Shown in pieces: positions 45,463 to 56,924 of a stretch of 64,000 bases of DNA. Both the position numbers and the translations under genes were made by a program. The stretch is from assembly GCF_003018255.1 (NCBI RefSeq), contig NZ_CP027440.1. One strand, 5' to 3'. Under the pieces are notes generated by a model, which was given only the letters and a program-made list of their open reading frames with translations, had not been told where the DNA came from and made no database searches. The stretch's first letter is position 1. Each line of letters starts with the position of its first letter. The DNA comes from Escherichia coli (GTDB taxonomy: Bacteria; Pseudomonadota; Gammaproteobacteria; Enterobacterales; Enterobacteriaceae).

Positions 45463-46485
45463 ATGACACTTCATCGCTTTAAGAAAATCGCCTTACTTAG
45501 CGCGCTTGGCATTGCCGTAATCTCTATGAATGTGCAGGCGGCAGAGCGTATTGCATTTATTCCCAAACTGGTTGGCGTGGGATTTTTTACCAGCGGTGGC
45601 AACGGCGCACAACAAGCGGGTAAAGAGTTGGGCGTTGATGTGACCTACGACGGGCCGACAGAACCCAGTGTTTCTGGTCAGGTACAGTTGATTAATAACT
45701 TCGTCAATCAGGGGTATAACGCCATTATCGTTTCTGCGGTTTCGCCTGATGGCTTGTGTCCGGCACTGAAACGCGCCATGCAACGTGGTGTGAGAGTGCT
45801 GACCTGGGACTCTGATACTAAACCGGAGTGCCGCTCTTACTACATTAATCAGGGAACGCCCGCCCAGTTGGGAGGTATGTTGGTGGATATGGCGGCGCGT
45901 CAGGTGAATAAAGACAAAGCCAAAGTCGCGTTTTTCTACTCAAGCCCCACCGTTACGGACCAAAACCAGTGGGTGAAAGAAGCGAAAGCGAAAATCGCCA
46001 AAGAGCATCCAGGCTGGGAAATTGTCACTACGCAGTTTGGCTATAACGATGCCACTAAATCGTTACAAACCGCAGAAGGAATATTAAAAGCCTATAGCGA
46101 TCTCGACGCCATTATCGCCCCCGATGCCAATGCCCTGCCCGCTGCCGCACAAGCCGCAGAAAACCTGAAAAATGACAAAGTTGCGATTGTCGGATTCAGT
46201 ACGCCAAACGTGATGCGTCCATATGTGGAACGCGGCACGGTGAAAGAATTTGGCCTGTGGGATGTGGTTCAGCAAGGCAAAATATCAGTTTATGTCGCGG
46301 ATGCATTATTGAAAAAAGGATCAATGAAAACGGGCGACAAGCTGGATATCCAGGGCGTAGGTCAGGTGGAAGTCTCGCCAAACAGCGTTCAGGGCTATGA
46401 CTACGAAGCTGATGGTAATGGCATCGTACTGTTACCGGAGCGCGTGATATTCAACAAAGAGAATATCGGCAAATACGATTTCTGA
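45463..46485 (+). CDS. lsrB: AI-2 periplasmic binding protein LsrB (340 aa)
   Basis: Signal peptide plus periplasmic binding fold; recognised. Confidence 0.94.
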   Translation: MTLHRFKKIALLSALGIAVISMNVQAAERIAFIPKLVGVGFFTSGGNGAQQAGKELGVDVTYDGPTEPSVSGQVQLINNFVNQGYNAIIVSAVSPDGLCPALKRAMQRGVRVLTWDSDTKPECRSYYINQGTPAQLGGMLVDMAARQVNKDKAKVAFFYSSPTVTDQNQWVKEAKAKIAKEHPGWEIVTTQFGYNDATKSLQTAEGILKAYSDLDAIIAPDANALPAAAQAAENLKNDKVAIVGFSTPNVMRPYVERGTVKEFGLWDVVQQGKISVYVADALLKKGSMKTGDKLDIQGVGQVEVSPNSVQGYDYEADGNGIVLLPERVIFNKENIGKYDF

Positions 46486-46511
46486 TGTGCATTACTTAAC
46501 CGGAGTACGTT

Positions 46512-47387
46512 ATGGCAGATTTAGATGATATTAAAGATGGTAAAGATTTTCGTACCGATCAACCGCAACAAAATATCCCTTTTACCCTGAAAGGTTGCGG
46601 TGCACTGGATTGGGGAATGCAGTCACGCTTATCGCGGATATTTAATCCGAAAACGGGTAAAACCGTGATGCTGGCCTTTGATCATGGTTATTTTCAGGGG
46701 CCGACTACCGGACTTGAACGCATTGATATAAATATCGCCCCGCTGTTTGAACATGCCGATGTATTAATGTGTACGCGCGGCATTTTGCGCAGCGTAGTCC
46801 CCCCTGCGACCAATAAGCCGGTGGTACTGCGGGCGTCAGGTGCGAACTCTATTCTGGCGGAATTAAGTAATGAAGCCGTGGCGTTATCGATGGATGATGC
46901 CGTGCGCCTGAACAGTTGCGCGGTGGCGGCGCAGGTTTATATCGGCAGCGAATATGAACATCAGTCGATCAAAAATATTATTCAGCTGGTCGATGCCGGA
47001 ATGAAAGCGGGAATACCGACCATGGCCGTGACTGGTGTGGGCAAAGATATGGTGCGCGATCAGCGTTATTTCTCGCTCGCGACTCGAATCGCCGCTGAAA
47101 TGGGGGCGCAGATTATCAAAACTTATTATGTCGATAAAGGTTTTGAACGGATTGTTGCCGGATGTCCGGTACCCATTGTTATTGCTGGCGGTAAAAAGTT
47201 ACCGGAGCGCGAGGCGCTTGAAATGTGCTGGCAGGCTATCGATCAGGGCGCTTCTGGTGTGGATATGGGGCGTAATATTTTCCAGTCTGACCATCCGGTG
47301 GCGATGATGAAAGCCGTACAGGCGGTGGTACACCATAACGAAACGGCTGATCGGGCATATGAACTCTATCTGAGTGAAAAACAGTAA
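46512..47387 (+). CDS. lsrF: LsrF, aldolase-family 3-hydroxy-2,4-pentanedione-5-phosphate thiolase (291 aa)
   Basis: 291-aa ORF; recognised. Confidence 0.93.
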   Translation: MADLDDIKDGKDFRTDQPQQNIPFTLKGCGALDWGMQSRLSRIFNPKTGKTVMLAFDHGYFQGPTTGLERIDINIAPLFEHADVLMCTRGILRSVVPPATNKPVVLRASGANSILAELSNEAVALSMDDAVRLNSCAVAAQVYIGSEYEHQSIKNIIQLVDAGMKAGIPTMAVTGVGKDMVRDQRYFSLATRIAAEMGAQIIKTYYVDKGFERIVAGCPVPIVIAGGKKLPEREALEMCWQAIDQGASGVDMGRNIFQSDHPVAMMKAVQAVVHHNETADRAYELYLSEKQ

Positions 47388-47410
47388 CTGCGGATTTAAG
47401 GAGAAGAATT

Positions 47411-47701
47411 ATGCACGTCACACTGGTTGAAATTAACGTTCATGAAGATAAGGTTGACGAGTTTATCGAAGTTTTTCGCCAGAACCACCTGGGCTCTGTA
47501 CAGGAAGAAGGCAATTTGCGCTTCGATGTCTTACAGGACCCGGAAGTGAATTCGCGCTTTTATATCTACGAAGCCTATAAAGATGAAGACGCAGTGGCAT
47601 TCCATAAAACCACGCCCCACTACAAAACCTGTGTCGCGAAACTGGAATCTTTAATGACCGGGCCGCGTAAAAAACGTCTGTTCAATGGGTTGATGCCGTG
47701 A
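47411..47701 (+). CDS. lsrG: LsrG, phospho-AI-2 isomerase (96 aa)
   Basis: 96-aa [43 protein letters not shown]... Confidence 0.93.
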   Translation: MHVTLVEINVHEDKVDEFIEVFRQNHLGSVQEEGNLRFDVLQDPEVNSRFYIYEAYKDEDAVAFHKTTPHYKTCVAKLESLMTGPRKKRLFNGLMP

Positions 47702-47757
47702 GGCGAATTTATCAGTTTTATCTACAATTGGGGTAACGCGCTGACGGGAGTAAATAA

Positions 47758-48516
47758 ATGTCTGACTGGAACCCCTCTTTATATCTGCACTTTGCCGCTG
47801 AACGATCGCGTCCGGCGGTGGAGCTGCTTGCCAGAGTGCCGCTGGAGAATATCAAATACGTTGCCGATCTTGGCTGTGGCCCAGGTAACAGCACCACCCT
47901 GCTGCATCAACGTTGGCCTGCGGCCAGGATAACAGGCATCGACTCGTCTCCGGCGATGATTGCTGAAGCGCGCAGTACTTTGCCAGACTGCCAGTTCGTG
48001 GAAGCAGACATCCGCAACTGGCAACCGGAACAGGCACTCGATCTGATTTTTGCTAATGCCTCACTGCAATGGCTGCCCGACCACTACGAATTGTTCCCTC
48101 ATCTGGTTTCTTTACTTAATTCGCATGGTGTGTTGGCAGTACAGATGCCAGATAACTGGCTAGAGCCAACCCATGTGCTCATGCGCGAAGTCGCCTGGGA
48201 ACAAAATTATCCGGATCGCGGGCGTGAGCCGCTGGCTGGCGTTCATGCTTACTACGATATTCTGAGTGAAGCCGGATGTGAGGTCGATATCTGGCGAACC
48301 ACTTACTATCACCAGATGCCGTCGCACCAGTCGATTATCGATTGGGTGACCGCCACTGGATTACGTCCGTGGTTACAGGATCTGACCGAGAGCGAACAGC
48401 AGCATTTTCTTACGCGCTACCATCAGATGCTGGAAGAGCAATATCCCCTCCAGGAGAACGGACAGATATTGCTGGCATTTCCGCGTCTGTTTATTGTTGC
48501 CCGCCGTACGGAGTAA
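47758..48516 (+). CDS. tam: Trans-aconitate 2-methyltransferase Tam (252 aa)
   Basis: SAM-binding motif [10 protein letters not shown]; recognised. Confidence 0.93.
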   Translation: MSDWNPSLYLHFAAERSRPAVELLARVPLENIKYVADLGCGPGNSTTLLHQRWPAARITGIDSSPAMIAEARSTLPDCQFVEADIRNWQPEQALDLIFANASLQWLPDHYELFPHLVSLLNSHGVLAVQMPDNWLEPTHVLMREVAWEQNYPDRGREPLAGVHAYYDILSEAGCEVDIWRTTYYHQMPSHQSIIDWVTATGLRPWLQDLTESEQQHFLTRYHQMLEEQYPLQENGQILLAFPRLFIVARRTE

Positions 48517-48519
48517 TTA

Positions 48520-49434
48520 TCACGTCAGCTGGTAATGGCGATCGGGAAGAATTTTCGCTGGAATTTCTGCTTCATCGTTCATCTGTAACAGGTCAATTTC
48601 AATAGCGTTGCAGATGGCATCCAGCGGTAAGTCATTGTTTTCAGTACCGAAGGGATCTTCCAGTTCTTCCGCCAGACAATCCAGCGAAATAAAAGTGTAG
48701 GAAATCAGCACAGAGATAAAAGGCGTCATGTAATGCAGGTCCACGACCAGCGCAAACGGCAGCATGATACAAAACAGATACACGGTGCGATGCAAAATCA
48801 GGGTGTAGGCAAAGGGAATTGGCGTATAGGCAATGCGCTCGCATCCTGCCAGGACCACTGAAATATCATTAAGCCGATCGTTGAGGCTAATAAACAGGAT
48901 ATCTGAAAGTTGTCCATTGCGTCGCTGAACCGCCAACCACTCCCCCATTATTAACAAGATGCGGTTAGCTGGAGAGTTAGAAGCCAGTACACGCTGAAGA
49001 TCTTCAGTCTTGAGATAATGAGCCAGCACTTCCGCCTGTGGCTGTTTGCGTAATGTCATGCGTAAACAGTGGGCGAAGGCGATTTGCAGCCGGGCAAACT
49101 CCCTTACACTTGCCGAATCCGGCAATGTCGTTTTTACCTCGCGCAGTAACGACCGCGAGGCAATCATCAACTGCCCCCAAAGTTTTCGCGCTTCAACGTA
49201 ACGAGCGTAACCGGCATTATTACGAAAACCAAGAAAAATGGCGATGGCGACACCGAGAATGCTGAACGGTGCGAGGGTGAATTTAATGCCCAAATGCGTG
49301 TACCAGGGCAGCATGAAAATAACAGCGATAGAAAAGAGAAAATTGAGTAGTAAGCGCGAGGATATCTTGGATAATACTGAACCGTGCCAGACAAAAATAC
49401 GGCGCAGCCAGTGTTGTTGTGGACGAACAATCAT
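48520..49434 (-). CDS. yneE: Bestrophin-family membrane protein YneE (304 aa), start ATG at 49434
   Basis: ORF 48520..49485 trimmed to MIVRPQQHWLRRIF; convergent with tam with only 3 bp between the stops. Confidence 0.88.
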   Translation of the reverse strand: MIVRPQQHWLRRIFVWHGSVLSKISSRLLLNFLFSIAVIFMLPWYTHLGIKFTLAPFSILGVAIAIFLGFRNNAGYARYVEARKLWGQLMIASRSLLREVKTTLPDSASVREFARLQIAFAHCLRMTLRKQPQAEVLAHYLKTEDLQRVLASNSPANRILLIMGEWLAVQRRNGQLSDILFISLNDRLNDISVVLAGCERIAYTPIPFAYTLILHRTVYLFCIMLPFALVVDLHYMTPFISVLISYTFISLDCLAEELEDPFGTENNDLPLDAICNAIEIDLLQMNDEAEIPAKILPDRHYQLT

Positions 49435-49589
49435 GGTTATCTTCAGGCGTGGAAAAGTCGCCCTATTAAACGTGATTACGATCACATTCTCAAGACACTA
49501 CTTACAAATTACCTACAAGCTTACAACATTAACAGGTGCTGCATGTGGCACCTGTTAATGATAAAGGCGCATAGGATGTTGTAACTAAT

Positions 49590-49624
49590 ATAGTGAAATA
49601 AGAAACCCGGTCGAAACCGGGTTC
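49590..49624 (-). terminator. Rho-independent terminator downstream of uxaB
   Basis: Reverse strand: hairpin aacccggtttcgaccgggtt followed by a T-rich run. Confidence 0.6.
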
Positions 49625-49630
49625 AGAGTA

Positions 49631-51082
49631 TTAGCACAACGGACGTACAGCTTCGCGCATTCCTTTTTTGAGAATCGCATCCAGGTCATTAGCCACCTGC
49701 TCGACCAGACCAGGCACTTGCGTCAGGTCCTGCTCCCAGTGGTCTTTTTCTGCCAACACAATCGCTACCAGTTCCTGGGTACCGATAACACGGTCACGAT
49801 GCTGGCTCCAGAGTTGCTGATAACGTTCCAGCCAGTGTGCATCGTCCTGTACCGGATATGTTTCTCCATTACGCTCACCGCGATAAAACGCAATCAATGC
49901 CGCTAATGCGAAAGTCAGGCGCGCCGGAAGTGTGCCGTTTGCCTTCTGCCCTGCCAGCAGCTGCGGCAGGATACGGGTGCGGAACTTGGTCATACCGTTA
50001 AGCGCGATAGACAGCAGCTGATGCTTGATGTACGGATTACGGAAACGTCCGGTGACTGCACTGGCGAAAGATTCCAGTTCATCACGAGGCAAATCCAGTA
50101 CCGGAATAATCTCTTCGTAGATGGCTTTTTCAACGAATGCGCAAATTTCAGCATCGTTCATCGCTTCACCTACGGTATCCAGTCCTGCCTGGAACGCCAC
50201 CGGCACCAGCGCGGTGTGCGCACCGTTGAGGATTGCCACTTTGCGCTCTTTATACGGTTTAATATCGTCAACAATCAGCACGTTGAGCGGATATTTGTCC
50301 AGACGCAGTTCAGTCGCTAAGGATTTCGGCCCCTGAATCACAAACAGGTAAAAGTGTTCAGCGGTGTCGAGGAAACCATCGTGATAACCCAGTTCTTCTT
50401 CCAGTTTAGCCACTTCATCGCGCGGATAACCGGTAACGATACGGTCCACCAGCGTAGAACAGAAGCTGTTAGCCTGATCCAGCCATTGAATAAATGCTTC
50501 TGGCAGTGCCCACTCTTGCGCATAGCGCAGCACCAGTTCACGCAACGCGTCGCCATTGTAGTCGATCAACTCACACGGGATGATGATCCAACCTTTATCC
50601 AGCGCACCGTTGAAATGGCTAAAACGTTCGAACAGCAGACGGGTCAGTTTTGCCGGATAACTTACCGCCGGCGCGTCATCGAATTTATCGCCCGCATGGT
50701 AGCTGATACCCGCTTCGGTGGTGTTAGAGAAAACAAAGCGCATTTCCGGCTTGTGCGCCAGTTTCAGGAATTCATCGTATTCACTGTAGACGCTGATTTC
50801 ACGATTAACCGAGCGAATCAGACGCGCATCGCTGACCGCTTCACCCTTCTCATTCAGGCCACGGATAATGGTGGTGTACAGACCATCCTGTGTGCTCAGT
50901 GACGGTGGGAATGAAGTTTCAATCGGACGAACAACGACCACGCCAGAATTCAGATCGGTGTGCTCATTCAGGAGATCAATTTGCCAGTCAACAAAGGCGC
51001 GCAGGAAGTTACCTTCACCAAACTGAATGATACGTTCTGGATACTGTGCACCGGGAAAATCGCGACGATTTAGTGTTTTCAC
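49631..51082 (-). CDS. uxaB: Altronate oxidoreductase UxaB (483 aa)
   Basis: 483-aa mannitol-dehydrogenase-family ORF; recognised. Confidence 0.94.
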   Translation of the reverse strand: MKTLNRRDFPGAQYPERIIQFGEGNFLRAFVDWQIDLLNEHTDLNSGVVVVRPIETSFPPSLSTQDGLYTTIIRGLNEKGEAVSDARLIRSVNREISVYSEYDEFLKLAHKPEMRFVFSNTTEAGISYHAGDKFDDAPAVSYPAKLTRLLFERFSHFNGALDKGWIIIPCELIDYNGDALRELVLRYAQEWALPEAFIQWLDQANSFCSTLVDRIVTGYPRDEVAKLEEELGYHDGFLDTAEHFYLFVIQGPKSLATELRLDKYPLNVLIVDDIKPYKERKVAILNGAHTALVPVAFQAGLDTVGEAMNDAEICAFVEKAIYEEIIPVLDLPRDELESFASAVTGRFRNPYIKHQLLSIALNGMTKFRTRILPQLLAGQKANGTLPARLTFALAALIAFYRGERNGETYPVQDDAHWLERYQQLWSQHRDRVIGTQELVAIVLAEKDHWEQDLTQVPGLVEQVANDLDAILKKGMREAVRPLC

Positions 51083-51309
51083 AATGGGTTCCCTTCTGAT
51101 TAGTCATACAACCTGTTTGAATTGGTACGACAGGTTAGCAAACTTTAATACGCCGAACCCCTGTTTTGATCAACTCCTGATGATTAATGAGCAGTTTTAT
51201 GAGAAAAGTGTGGCGCGGATCATGGTTTAAACGAGGAACTACGCCTTTTATTCGCTCAATAAAGTGGTAGAACACATTCCGTTAAAATCGCTGTGAATGA
51301 ATAAAGATG

Positions 51310-52728
51310 TCAGACAACTTCCTCACCGTAACGCATAGTGCTGGTACGGTTGCGCCCATCTTTCTTCGAGCGATACAGACATGTATCGGCTTCGACCATC
51401 AATTTATTAAAGTCATCGGTCAGCGTTCGGTACGATGCGCAACCACTACCGACGCCAATACTTACCGTGAGATAAAGCGTTTTTTGTTGCCAGGTGAACG
51501 GTTGCAGTTCAACGCCTTTACGGATTTTTTCCGCCATTAGCAGACCATCGACAGGATTCACCGATGGCACTGCAACAGCAAATTCTTCGCCGCCCATTCG
51601 CGCCACCAGCCCCTTATCACCGACAATCTTCTGAATATGCTGGGCAAACACGCTTAACACTTTATCGCCACATTCATGTCCATCGTTATCGTTAATGCTT
51701 TTGAAATAGTCGATATCAAGCAGCATGACAGTCAGATGTTGTGTCTGTTTCAGCGATGGACTTTTCAGCGCCTCATAAAGACCGGACCGTGAGTAAACCT
51801 GAGTCAGAAAATCAAAGTCGGCTCGCAGCGCAACTTGCTTCATTAGCGAATTGATCGCTGCCACGCTAAAAGAAACCATAATTGGGCATATCGCCATCGT
51901 AGCAATACCGAGACGTGCGGAGAACATTTGCGGAATGGAGAACGGCGAACCGACCGAGATATCAATCACCGAATTTGCCACCAGTACGATTTCCACCGCA
52001 CCGGTGACAAAGGTCAACAGACATGTTACCTGCGGCGTATAGCGCACGGCACACCAGATTAATGCAGGCAGCGGGAACGCCAGACTCCCCGCTCCGCCAA
52101 TGACTACCGAGGCAATAACCGACACAATAAGCGCGATGGCGGGCATCATCTGTTCTGCTTTAAAGCGCGGCAGCACTCCCGGAATAGCCAACGTCAGCAT
52201 ACAAGGCACGATCAACACGCCCGTTGAGAATTGCTCACTGAACCAGTCGGCAAGCAAAGGCCAGAAATCCAGACTATCAATACTGACCGAACCAATCGCC
52301 CCGACAATAGCACATAATAATGCGGCAATCAGACAGTAATTAAATAGCCGTAAGGCACTTACTGGCTCATACTTATTTTTTCCCAGACGCTTATCCCGCG
52401 CGACCAGTAAGGCGACGGTAACAATAAACATCATATTGGAGAAATTGATAGCCAGTGAAACCAGCCCCCATTCGGTGGTTATGGCATCATAAACCAGCAT
52501 CGCCACATAACTGATCGCATAGTAATGCAGTCGATTAAGCCAGACATAGCGGGCAAACACCCCCGCCATTACGCCATTCAGCGGCCAGAAAAGAGAAAGT
52601 TCGTGAACCAGCCGTAACTCTGCACCAATAAAATAGAACAGCGTGGTTAGCACAAAAATAGCGATGCTATTACGTAGCAGATGACCTTCCTGGAACAAAC
52701 GGAAAGTTGAAATGGGCTGTACATGCAT
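51310..52728 (-). CDS. yneF: Membrane-anchored GGDEF diguanylate cyclase YneF/DgcF (up to 472 aa; true start may be internal)
   Basis: N-terminal TM sensor region plus C-terminal GGDEF domain with motif RMGGEEF. Confidence 0.85.
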   Translation of the reverse strand: MHVQPISTFRLFQEGHLLRNSIAIFVLTTLFYFIGAELRLVHELSLFWPLNGVMAGVFARYVWLNRLHYYAISYVAMLVYDAITTEWGLVSLAINFSNMMFIVTVALLVARDKRLGKNKYEPVSALRLFNYCLIAALLCAIVGAIGSVSIDSLDFWPLLADWFSEQFSTGVLIVPCMLTLAIPGVLPRFKAEQMMPAIALIVSVIASVVIGGAGSLAFPLPALIWCAVRYTPQVTCLLTFVTGAVEIVLVANSVIDISVGSPFSIPQMFSARLGIATMAICPIMVSFSVAAINSLMKQVALRADFDFLTQVYSRSGLYEALKSPSLKQTQHLTVMLLDIDYFKSINDNDGHECGDKVLSVFAQHIQKIVGDKGLVARMGGEEFAVAVPSVNPVDGLLMAEKIRKGVELQPFTWQQKTLYLTVSIGVGSGCASYRTLTDDFNKLMVEADTCLYRSKKDGRNRTSTMRYGEEVV

Positions 52729-52866
52729 TAATTATCTGTCCATACAATTGCGGGTGGCAATTATCTCAACGCAATAAGTAAATTCTTAGAAAGGATAGCA
52801 TGTTCGCGGACAACGGCGGCAACTAAAGATATCCTGGGAATGCTATTTTATCGATTTCCGTAATTA

Positions 52867-53226
52867 TCATGGCTGATTCATCTGTATAACCAGCCAGTGG
52901 TAGATTACCGTCACAATATAACGTTGTTGCTCCTCACTTAACGCTTCCCCCTGAGGAATGTTATGCCACTTAGCCAGACAACCGCGACAACAGGTCGCGG
53001 TGGCGTGTTGAGCGATAAAAACCGGATGCCCGCGCATGGGGGTTTGCTTACCGTCGTTAGCCGGTAATGCCGGAGCAAGACGTTTAGCGACAAAATCCGC
53101 CGCATGTTGTTCAATGACTGGCGCGCCTTTCTCCAGACAATACTGACGCTCTTTCACACCCAAACGAAAGCGAGAGCGAAATTTTGAACGGGATAAACGC
53201 ACGAAGAGTGGATCGAGAGACTGCAT
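52867..53226 (-). CDS. yneG: DUF4186-family protein YneG (119 aa)
   Basis: 119-aa ORF in the yneG-glsB-sad arrangement. Confidence 0.85.
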   Translation of the reverse strand: MQSLDPLFVRLSRSKFRSRFRLGVKERQYCLEKGAPVIEQHAADFVAKRLAPALPANDGKQTPMRGHPVFIAQHATATCCRGCLAKWHNIPQGEALSEEQQRYIVTVIYHWLVIQMNQP

Positions 53227-54152
53227 TAATAAACTGAACGCCCTAATTGTTTCGTCAATTGTTCAAGGACGGCAATGCCCGCAAGCGAGTTACCGGCATC
53301 ATCCAGTTCCGGACTCCAGACTGCGATGGCCATTTCATGCGGAACAATCGCCACAATACCGCCACCAACGCCAGATTTTGCCGGTAGTCCCACCCGCCAG
53401 GCAAACTCCCCCGCGTTCTGGTACATACCGCTGGTCGCCATCAGCGCGTTAATTTGCCGCGCCTGCATTGGCGTCACCACAGGTTCATCAATATGAATAG
53501 CTTTCCCCTGATTCGCCAGAAAGACAAACGTCCGGGCCAGCTCTACACAGCTCATTTTCAGAGCGCAGTAATGAAAGTAGTTTTGCAGAACGGTTGTCAC
53601 GTCATGATGGAAATTGCCAAACGACTTCATCAGCCAGGCGATAGCCGCATTTCGCGCGGAATGTTCAAATTCGGAACGCGCTACCACCGTATCGTAGGAA
53701 ATATCAGACACACCACTTAAGCCGCGCACGACTTCCAGCATACGTTGCCGAGGAGCGCTTAATCGCCCTTGCAACATATCGCAGACCACCAGCGCACCGG
53801 CATTAATAAACGGATTACGCGGAATACCCTGCTCCATTTCCAGTTGCACTAAAGAATTGAACGGTGATCCAGACGGATCTTTGCCGACGCGTTGCCAGAT
53901 TTCCTCTTCGGAGTAATGACGCATGGCGACAACGAGACTCAGCACTTTGGAAATAGACTGAATGGAAAAACGTTCTTGTGCGTCTCCGGCCTGAAAAAGC
54001 TGTCCGTCAACGGTACAGATAGCAATCCCCAATCGGGAACCGTCTACCGTAGCCAGCGCCGGAATATAATCCGCGACTTTACCCTGACCAATGAGCGGCC
54101 GCACTTGCCGCAAGATGTTTTCTAAAATTGCATTATCCATGGCGACTGCCAC
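53226..54152 (-). CDS. glsB: Glutaminase 2 GlsB (308 aa)
   Basis: 308-aa serine-dependent glutaminase-family ORF; recognised. Confidence 0.92.
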   Translation of the reverse strand: MAVAMDNAILENILRQVRPLIGQGKVADYIPALATVDGSRLGIAICTVDGQLFQAGDAQERFSIQSISKVLSLVVAMRHYSEEEIWQRVGKDPSGSPFNSLVQLEMEQGIPRNPFINAGALVVCDMLQGRLSAPRQRMLEVVRGLSGVSDISYDTVVARSEFEHSARNAAIAWLMKSFGNFHHDVTTVLQNYFHYCALKMSCVELARTFVFLANQGKAIHIDEPVVTPMQARQINALMATSGMYQNAGEFAWRVGLPAKSGVGGGIVAIVPHEMAIAVWSPELDDAGNSLAGIAVLEQLTKQLGRSVY

Positions 54153-54215
54153 TTTCTACTCCTGGACCGCAGGTCTGAAAAGACCTGCGAGTATATCAGA
54201 GCTGAATATATAGCG

Positions 54216-55604
54216 TCAGACCCGGTCTTTCCACACCGTCTGGATATTACAGAATTCGTGTAAGCCAAAATGGGAAAGCTCACGCCCAAAGCCACTCTTC
54301 TTCACGCCACCAAAGGCAACTCGCGCATCGCTGGCACAATAACCATTGATAAACACCCCACCGCATTCCAGACGTGCCGCCATCTGTCTGGCCCGGGTTT
54401 CGTCGGTGGTGAAAATGGTCGCTGAAAGGCCGAACTCGCTATTATTAGCCAGTTCCAGTGCATGTTCTGCATCTTTCGCAATGGTGATTGCCGCAACGGG
54501 GCCAAACATTTCTTCCTGAAACGCGGTCATTTCTGGGGTAACATTCGCCAGAACCGTTGGCGGATAGTAGTTACCTGCCCCAGCCATCTTTTCCCCGCCC
54601 AGTAACAAACGCGCACCCTGCGCCAGTGTTTTTTCCACCTGATGATGCAGCTCATCACGTAAATCAAAACGAGCCATTGGTCCGAGAGTGTTCTCTTCGT
54701 CACGGGGATCGCCCATTTTCAAGGCTGCCGCAGCTGCCACAAAACGTTCGGTAAATGCCGAAGCAATTCCCTCTTCGATGATAAAGCGTTTTGCCGCTGC
54801 ACAAACCTGTCCGGTATTCTGATAACGTCCGGCTACCGCCGCTTTAACCGCCAGTTCCAGATCGGCATCGTTAAGCACAATAAATGGATCCGAACCGCCA
54901 AGTTCCAGTACGCATTTTTTCAGTGCCGCTCCAGCCTGTGCGCCAATAGCCGCTCCCGCACGAACACTTCCGGTCACCGTGACAGCAGCAATGCGCGAGT
55001 CTTTAATCATCTGACTGACGCCGTCGTTGTCGGCATTCAGCCAGCCATATACGCCTTGTGGGATACCCGCATCTTTAAACACCTGGGCAATGAGCTGTGC
55101 ACAGCCCATCACATTCGGCGCATGTTTAAGTAAGTAGCCGTTACCTGCAAGAATGATGGGAACCGCGCCACGCATCACCTGCCATAACGGAAAATTCCAC
55201 GGCATAATCGCCAGAATTGTCCCCAACGGTCGATACTCAATAACTGCCTGCTGATTTTCCACCAGCGTAGGTTCCGCCTTCAGCATTGTCGGACCATGTT
55301 CTGCATACCAGTCACACAAATTCGCCGATTTCGCCACTTCAGCGCGCGCCTGGTTGATTGGTTTGCCCATTTCACGGGTGATCATTTGCGCCATTTCTTC
55401 GCTACGGACACGCAGAGCCTTACCGATATCACGCAGTTTTTCAGCACGATAATCTATATTTGTCTCGCGCCAGTCGCGAAAGCCTGCTGCCGCCAGCTGA
55501 AGTGCGTTTTCGATATCATCAGCGCCAGCCCACGGCAGCACAGAAAGTTGTTCACCGGTGGCAGGATTTATCGAAATTGCATGAGTTGCCGGAGTAATGG
55601 TCAT
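54216..55604 (-). CDS. sad: NAD+-dependent succinate-semialdehyde dehydrogenase Sad (462 aa)
   Basis: 462-aa aldehyde-dehydrogenase ORF; recognised. Confidence 0.93.
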   Translation of the reverse strand: MTITPATHAISINPATGEQLSVLPWAGADDIENALQLAAAGFRDWRETNIDYRAEKLRDIGKALRVRSEEMAQMITREMGKPINQARAEVAKSANLCDWYAEHGPTMLKAEPTLVENQQAVIEYRPLGTILAIMPWNFPLWQVMRGAVPIILAGNGYLLKHAPNVMGCAQLIAQVFKDAGIPQGVYGWLNADNDGVSQMIKDSRIAAVTVTGSVRAGAAIGAQAGAALKKCVLELGGSDPFIVLNDADLELAVKAAVAGRYQNTGQVCAAAKRFIIEEGIASAFTERFVAAAAALKMGDPRDEENTLGPMARFDLRDELHHQVEKTLAQGARLLLGGEKMAGAGNYYPPTVLANVTPEMTAFQEEMFGPVAAITIAKDAEHALELANNSEFGLSATIFTTDETRARQMAARLECGGVFINGYCASDARVAFGGVKKSGFGRELSHFGLHEFCNIQTVWKDRV

Positions 55605-55683
55605 CGGGGTATCTCCTTTATGAGTTATGGTAAAAAGATACGCAGATTTACTCTTGCTTGAAAATGAATAATATTAAGCCACT

Positions 55684-55695
55684 TATTCACGAATA
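55684..55695 (+). promoter_or_regulatory. Palindromic T-N11-A-like motif just upstream of yneJ; candidate LysR-type autoregulatory site
   Basis: TATTC-AC-GAATA about 10 bp upstream of the yneJ ATG, in the sad/yneJ divergent region. Confidence 0.3.
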
Positions 55696-55704
55696 GAGAA
55701 TATT

Positions 55705-56586
55705 ATGGATCTGACCCAACTGGAGATGTTCAACGCGGTTGCCGAAGCTGGCAGCATTACCCAGGCTGCAGCAAAAGTGCATCGCGTGCCGTCGAATCTC
55801 ACTACCCGTCTACGCCAGCTGGAAACAGAACTGGGGGTTGATCTGTTTATTCGCGAGAATCAGCGTTTACGTCTCTCGCCTGCCGGGCATAACTTTTTAC
55901 GCTATAGCCAACAAATTCTCGCGTTAGTGGATGAAGCGCGGAGCGTTGTCGCTGGCGATGAGCCGCAAGGTTTATTTTCTCTTGGTTCGCTGGAAAGCAC
56001 CGCAGCAGTGCGCATTCCGGCCATGCTGGCGGAATTTAACCGTCGTTATCCCAAAATTCAGTTTTCACTTTCCACCGGCCCTTCCGGCACTATGCTGGAA
56101 GGTGTGCTGGAGGGAAAACTGAATGCGGCGTTTATTGATGGACCCATTAACCATACTGCCATCGACGGGATACCGGTATACCGCGAGGAACTAATGATCG
56201 TCACGCCACAAGGACATGCGCCAGTCACCCGTGCCAGTCAGGTGAATGGCAGTAACATTTATGCCTTCCGCGCCAATTGTTCGTATCGTCGCCACTTCGA
56301 AAGCTGGTTTCATGCTGACGGTGCCGCTCCGGGAACTATTCACGAGATGGAGTCTTATCACGGGATGTTGGCCTGTGTGGTCGCAGGAGCAGGCATTGCG
56401 CTTATTCCACGCTCTATGCTGGAAAGTATGCCGGGGCATCACCAGGTTGAAGCGTGGCCGTTAGCTGAGCAATGGCGTTGGTTAACAACCTGGCTGGTCT
56501 GGCGTCGTGGTGCGAAAACGCGTCCGCTTGAGGCATTTATTCAACTGCTGGATGCGCCTGACTCGGCAAAACAGGGTTACCAATGA
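55705..56586 (+). CDS. yneJ: LysR-family transcriptional regulator YneJ (293 aa)
   Basis: N-terminal HTH plus LysR substrate-binding domain. Confidence 0.92.
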   Translation: MDLTQLEMFNAVAEAGSITQAAAKVHRVPSNLTTRLRQLETELGVDLFIRENQRLRLSPAGHNFLRYSQQILALVDEARSVVAGDEPQGLFSLGSLESTAAVRIPAMLAEFNRRYPKIQFSLSTGPSGTMLEGVLEGKLNAAFIDGPINHTAIDGIPVYREELMIVTPQGHAPVTRASQVNGSNIYAFRANCSYRRHFESWFHADGAAPGTIHEMESYHGMLACVVAGAGIALIPRSMLESMPGHHQVEAWPLAEQWRWLTTWLVWRRGAKTRPLEAFIQLLDAPDSAKQGYQ

Positions 56587-56924
56587 GCTATTTTTGATAG
56601 TTCATGCGGCTAATATGCTCTATATAGTGATGCTCCGATGACTTATGACTATATGGGGCAAATATGGTTACGCCAGTAAGCATCAGCAATTTCATCTCAC
56701 TTCCTGATGATTTTCCCGTTCGCAATATTGCACCTCAGGTAAAAGAAGAACAGGCCCCCTTCCTGATCGTCATTAAAATGTGATGTTAACAACTCTCTGA
56801 TGCGTGACAGAACAACCGTCAGAGAGATGGAAATGCGATCCAGATCACAAATGCATTGTATTCACATCATTAACCGTTTTAAGATCATTTCATCACTTTT
56901 TCGCAACTCACCCGATAATCTGTT

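Noticed and set aside
50354-50902. 182-codon forward-strand ORF inside uxaB
   Set aside because: Antisense to uxaB, which is full length and recognised; no RBS.
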